NCBI GenBank assembly: GCA_964016885.1
Contig: OZ024744.1
Coordinates: forward strand, 42,904,001 to 42,968,000
Direction: 5' to 3'
Length of the DNA: 64,000 bases
From: Eledone cirrhosa
Taxonomy: Eukaryota
Below, one piece after another: positions 58,569 through 64,000 of this stretch. The notes beneath the pieces were generated by a model that was not told where the DNA came from, ran no database searches, and saw only the letters and a program-made list of their open reading frames with translations. Numbering within the stretch: the stretch's first letter is position 1; each line of letters begins with the position of its first letter. The translations under genes were made by a program, and so were the position numbers.

Positions 58569-60584
58569 TTAATTGTAAGTTGTGATGTTGCTGTTCCACT
58601 CATATTTTCTATTTAATTTTGGTTTTAATTCTTTTATGCTTACTGCCTCTGTAATTTGCCTAAACATTGCGTCTTTCTTGTGTGTGGATTCTATTTTTAT
58701 TTTTATTTCTATGCTCTCTAATTTACCCCTGTGTTCTATCTTAGCATGTTGGTAGAGCACAGATGATTCTTTACTATCTTGGAGGTCTCGCCAGTGTTCA
58801 TTTATTCGTTCCCCTATACTACGAGCTGTCTCACCTATGTACACTATATTTTTGTTTCTACATTGTCCTTCAGTACATCTTATGCTATATACTACATTTC
58901 TAGTTTTACAGTTAATATGGGGGCTTATTTTACAGGTTATACATTTCTTATCTATACATGAGGGTCTTTGGAACGGGTATGTCTTGCTAATAAGTGTTTT
59001 TACGGAGGTACCAGGTCTTTCTACTATCTTAATATTGAGATTATGTTTCTTTAGGGCCCTTCTAAATTTGTAGGCTAGTTCGCCTCTAGGGGTTGTATTG
59101 ATGAACATTACACTCTGGTATTTATTGCTATCATACCATGAGTTTATTCTATTGGCCTTGTTCTTAGTTCTTTCTATTCTATTCCAAAATTTGCTCCTAT
59201 ACAAGGGGCAGGTCCCATTTATGTCATTATTTACCATTTTTTCCCATTTGGTTCTGGCTCCTTTATACACTCTGATTCTATCTCTCTGATTGTAGCCAGA
59301 GAACTGCATACGGTGGATGAAGTGTTGTATGTGTCTCTCTAGTTCTTCGGGGTTGCACATGCGGGACACATTTCTCATCACCCGTATCAAATCCGCAATC
59401 AGTATGTTGATTTTGGTATGGTCCGAAATGGCCGAGTTTCGGTGGATCAGATGTTTGGAAGTCATGGGTTTGGCATAATGGGAATGGAGGATTTGTTTTT
59501 GGTTGTTAATAGTATCTAACCAGAGCTCTGTGTCTAGTACAGGTAATCGATGGTTGGGGTGTCTACTTGGGTAGTCTACAGTAACTCTAATGCTCTGGTG
59601 GATGGAGTTTGCTATTTGCTGGATGCTTTCCATTGTGTTTTTCTCTGGTTCCTGACTGTTCTTTAGTGGGGGTGTCTTAACTACGATGTTTATATCATCT
59701 ACGTAGCGGGAGTACATTATCAGGGTTAAGCTGTCTTCTAATTGTTCTTTAAGTTTTTGTTTAAGTCTACTGTCCCACCATACCATGAACAAGTTAGCTA
59801 TGTCGCCTGCAATGCTAACACCAATGGCTGCTCCTTCCTCTTGGGCATATGTTTTACCATTAAATTTGAACATATGTTCCTTAAGGGTTAATTTTATGCT
59901 GGCCCCTACCGCATGTGCAATCATTTTCTTCAGTTCATCGTGGTTTTCGGGTGTCCGTATGGCTCTGGTCCACCCGTTCCATCTATCTGTGTGGGTTTTC
60001 TTGGCCATTGAGGTAATGGTAGGTGGTCTGCCTCTTGCTGGTCTTGTAGGGCACAGGTTGCTAAGGTCATAAGTGTCTAGGTAACTATTACTATGGGTAA
60101 GCTTAAGTAGAAGTCCCAGCTCACTGGTATCAATCCCACGGAACTCAACCTTGCTCTCGCTGATCATTTCGACGCATTTCTCCACAGCAAAATCCACGTC
60201 AATAGATGGATACAGGGACACAACATCCATACTGCCTATTATGCAGTTTGTTAGGTCCCCAGATCGGTTACCCGCGCCGATTCTGCTGAGGAGGTCCTCC
60301 GTGCTGTCACACACATCTGGGGACATCTCAATGATGGGGCGTATGATCAGGGAGAGGAAGTAGGACAGTCTGTAGTTACTAGCAATGTTAGCCCCACAGA
60401 CTGGCCGTGTTGGTGGTCCCGCGACAGGGTCCCAGCCCGTTTTATGGTCTTTTCGAAGCCCATACAACGCCGGCACGTCATTGTTCCAGGCCTGGAAGTT
60501 GTTGGCAGTCCTTTTGTTGGGCTGCATTATATTTGTCCACATCACCATATGGGCATTGAGGGTTTTTTCTCTATCCTCATGCTC
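58569..60584 (-). pseudogene. 5'-truncated second copy of the PLE family 2 RT-EN
   Basis: Matches 54306-56315 apart from a 6-bp duplication (IKIKIE). Confidence 0.9.
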
Positions 60585-61712
60585 GTAGATGATATAAACA
60601 TCGTAGTTAAGACACCCCCACTAAAGAACAGTCAGGAACCAGAGAAAAACACAATGGAAAGCATCCAGCAAATAGCAAACTCCATCCACCAGAGCATTAG
60701 AGTTACTGTAGACTACCCAAGTAGACACCCCAACCATCGATTACCTGTACTAGACACAGAGCTCTGGTTAGATACTATTAACAACCAAAAACAAATCCTC
60801 CATTCCCATTATGCCAAACCCATGACTTCCAAACATCTGATCCACCGAAACTCGGCCATTTCGGACCATACCAAAATCAACATACTGATTGCGGATTTGA
60901 TACGGGTGATGAGAAATGTGTCCCGCATGTGCAACCCCGAAGAACTAGAGAGACACATACAACACTTCATCCACCGTATGCAGTTCTCTGGCTACAATCA
61001 GAGAGATAGAATCAGAGTGTATAAAGGAGCCAGAACCAAATGGGAAAAAATGGTAAATAATGACATAAATGGGACCTGCCCCTTGTATAGGAGCAAATTT
61101 TGGAATAGAATAGAAAGAACTAAGAACAAGGCCAATAGAATAAACTCATGGTATGATAGCAATAAATACCAGAGTGTAATGTTCATCAATACAACCCCTA
61201 GAGGCGAACTAGCCTACAAATTTAGAAGGGCCCTAAAGAAACATAATCTCAATATTAAGATAGTAGAAAGACCTGGTACCTCCGTAAAAACACTTATTAG
61301 CAAGACATACCCGTTCCAAAGACCCTCATGTATAGATAAGAAATGTATAACCTGTAAAATAAGCCCCCATATTAACTGTAAAACTAGAAATGTAGTATAT
61401 AGCATAAGATGTACTGAAGGACAATGTAGAAACAAAAATATAGTGTACATAGGTGAGACAGCTCGTAGTATAGGGGAACGAATAAATGAACACTGGCGAG
61501 ACCTCCAAGATAGTAAAGAATCATCTGTGCTCTACCAACATGCTAAGATAGAACACAGGGGTAAATTAGAGAGCATAGAAATAAAAATAGAATCCACACA
61601 CAAGAAAGACGCAATGTTTAGGCAAATTACAGAGGCAGTAAGCATAAAAGAATTAAAACCAAAATTAAATAGAAAATATGAGTGGAACAGCAACATCACA
61701 ACTTACAATTAA
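60585..61712 (+). pseudogene. Inverted 3' part of the PLE family 2 RT-EN (from VDDIN)
   Basis: Reverse complement of 54306-55433. Confidence 0.9.
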
Positions 61713-61992
61713 GGACAAAATGAAAACACACACACACATAGAACAAACAACTTACAATTAAAAACACACACAAGACAAAATGAAAACACACACACACATA
61801 GAACAAACAACCAACCAACAATAAATAAATAAATAAACAAACAAATATAAATAGAAAAATAGAAAAATGAACACAAACACACACAGACACCCGGATGTGG
61901 CGCATGCGCAAACTGAGCACGCAACCCACACACAAACAAAATGGCGTAGGATAGAAGAAAGGAAAGGCACAGAAACGAAGAAAGAAATCCCC

Positions 61993-62037
61993 AGTCACTG
62001 AAGAGGTCACAGAGTGTGTGACGAAAGAACTATGACT
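61993..62037 (+). ncRNA. Minimal hammerhead ribozyme (inverted pLTR copy)
   Basis: agtcactgaagaggtcacagagtgtgtgacgaaagaactatgact. Confidence 0.75.
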
Positions 62038-62372
62038 ATATATATATATAAACAACTATCTGGTTGTGGAACCAACCAACCAACCAGAAATTTATAAATT
62101 TGTAAATTTATAAATATATATTAAATTAAATTGAAGTGAAAGCAACTGGTGCGTGTGTTTCTTATTGGCAACATGACCCTCCCAAAGTATAACAATATCG
62201 GTTTCAACACACGATTTCAGATAAAGAATCTTGCTAAACAAATTCAGAAACGAAATATATATATATATATATATATATAAAAGGTATATATTGAGTTAGA
62301 AACTCAAAATATTCTCTTACAATTAAATAGCTCAAGAAAGAGGTTTTTCTGAGCCGTATAATATATTAAAAT

Positions 62373-62839
62373 ATTTTGAAGACCTTGCGCTATCATTTTT
62401 AAAGTAGTGACTATGTCACTTATTTTTAAAATGTCACTACTTTAAAAATGATAGCGCAAGGTCTTCAAAATGTTCTTAATTAAACACAAGGTATATTGCC
62501 AAATATACTATACATACATTCATGTATACATTGTTATTTCAGAGCACCAATCCTAATACCTAATTTTGGCTGGACCGGCAATCGCTCTGTATAATCAGCT
62601 CCTGGTTATTACTGGAATTTTATAAGCATCCAGCTTCTATAATTTTCAGCAAAGGCGAGGAGTACGTTGCTCTGATGATCACCAACAGGGTGAAACAGAC
62701 TCTGTTAGCTTTTCTCCCTTCTTTTGCCGAAAAAAAGAAGTAAGTGATATAGTCACTACTTTAAAAATGATAGCGCAAAGTCTTCAAAATGTTTTTAATT
62801 AAACATACGGTATATTGCCAAATATACTCTACATACATT
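62373..62839 (+). mobile_element. Short non-coding PLE-like/retrozyme-like element
   Basis: Direct repeat 62433-62520 / 62752-62839, inverted piece 62373-62422, hammerhead-like core at 62669-62709. Confidence 0.55.
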
Positions 62840-63140
62840 AATATCAGTCACCAATACCACGATCTTGCCATTCAAGTAAGTCTGATATTTGATTTCGGAT
62901 TCAGAGAAACACTTTAAACGTATCCCCGTTTGATTTCTCAACCTGATTAGTTCTATCGTTCCTTTGGTATATATTGTGTGTTAGTTTAGCCTACCACAAT
63001 GTTCGATTTGTCAAGCTATTTAAACGTATGTTATAACTCTGAGACCTATCTTATCGAGTGCTTTGCTAACTCATCATTTCATATAAGTAGGCGGAATTTA
63101 CTTGCAAACCGCCAGAGATTCGATTTTACTGATTTCCAAT

Positions 63141-63255
<115 letters not shown>

Positions 63256-63539
63256 GAAAGTGAAATCCTTAACCACACAACCATGCCTGCATGCGACGAT
63301 TGGCAGATATAGAAATTTGTTAAGTCTGGTGAGACATGGAAAAGGGATATTAGCTGGTTTGAGCATAGTGTAATTATAATAGTTGACAATGAAAAAACTG
63401 TGGGAAACTAAATAAGAACAACCTGTCATTTCCTATATATTATCATAAGCTGGAATCCAGATAGAAATCATTGTCCTTAAATGCATGTAGTCTATGAAAC
63501 AAGATCCATCTTTTTGATTCTTACGTCAAAAGTATCGAT

Positions 63540-64000
63540 CCCGATTTCATTACAGTCACGGAAACATAGTTGTATTCTTTACTCTGTGATGGGGTTTTAA
63601 TATTATTGGCTACTTCTTTTGCAAAGGCCGCATTAATTGTGGTGGTGGTGTGATGGTCTACGTTCGTTCAAACTTTTCAGCAATTCTTTGCGATGAACCA
63701 GTCACAAGAAGTATTTTTCTGTGATATAGGTATGACCATGTCAACACTTCTACTTGGAGTTGTTTACCGCCCTCCCCTACCCCTAATTACCATCAAGAGA
63801 CACAAATTTTTATATCCTCAGAGCTCTTGCCAGGAAAACAGCCACTTATGTTTTTATTGCAGGCAACTTCAATCACCCTGAGATTAATTGGAAATCCTTT
63901 CATTGGCCACACAGAGCAAGTGATTTCCTTGAGTTAGCACTGGACTCGAATTGGTCCCAAGTAGTCACCTCCTCCACAAGAAGTAACAACACTTTGGATC
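63540..64000 (+). mobile_element. CR1/L2-type LINE APE endonuclease fragment running off the window
   Basis: GGGVMVYVR, GVVYRPP, IAGNFNHPEINW, QVVTSSTRSNNTLD. Confidence 0.7.

Larger units (their letters stand above)
53820..62257 (-). mobile_element. Penelope-like retroelement family 2: full copy, 5'-truncated tandem copy, inverted 3' copy
   Basis: 53820-56315 is repeated at ~58083-60584 (offset 4263-4269); 60585-62257 is an inverted copy; (TA)n at both ends. Confidence 0.92.

Overview
AT-rich, microsatellite-laden animal genomic DNA, most likely a cephalopod (Octopus-type SINE and RTE LINE sequences; inference). The only host-gene piece found is a terminal coding exon for a TTC17-like TPR protein (5891-6436); the rest is transposon-derived. 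1-31.9 kb holds decayed SINEs, MITEs, RTE LINE fragments, Penelope-like (PLE) remnants, minimal hammerhead ribozymes and a small non-autonomous Helitron. ~32-44.7 kb is a large minus-strand Helitron/Helentron-type element. Its frameshifted Rep-PIF1 helicase ends in a USP-type deubiquitinase domain, and downstream lies a five-exon gene with tiny GT-AG introns, split across fragments in the ORF track, encoding a NADAR domain fused to an SGNH-like domain. 46.2-62.3 kb holds two young PLE families inserted side by side in a (TA)n tract, each as a partial tandem plus an inverted piece. Family 1 has a coiled-coil ORF1 joined to RT-GIY-YIG by an in-phase U_UUU_UUA -1 slippery site; family 2 carries hammerheads. 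All family assignments come from motif recognition by eye; no searches were run.
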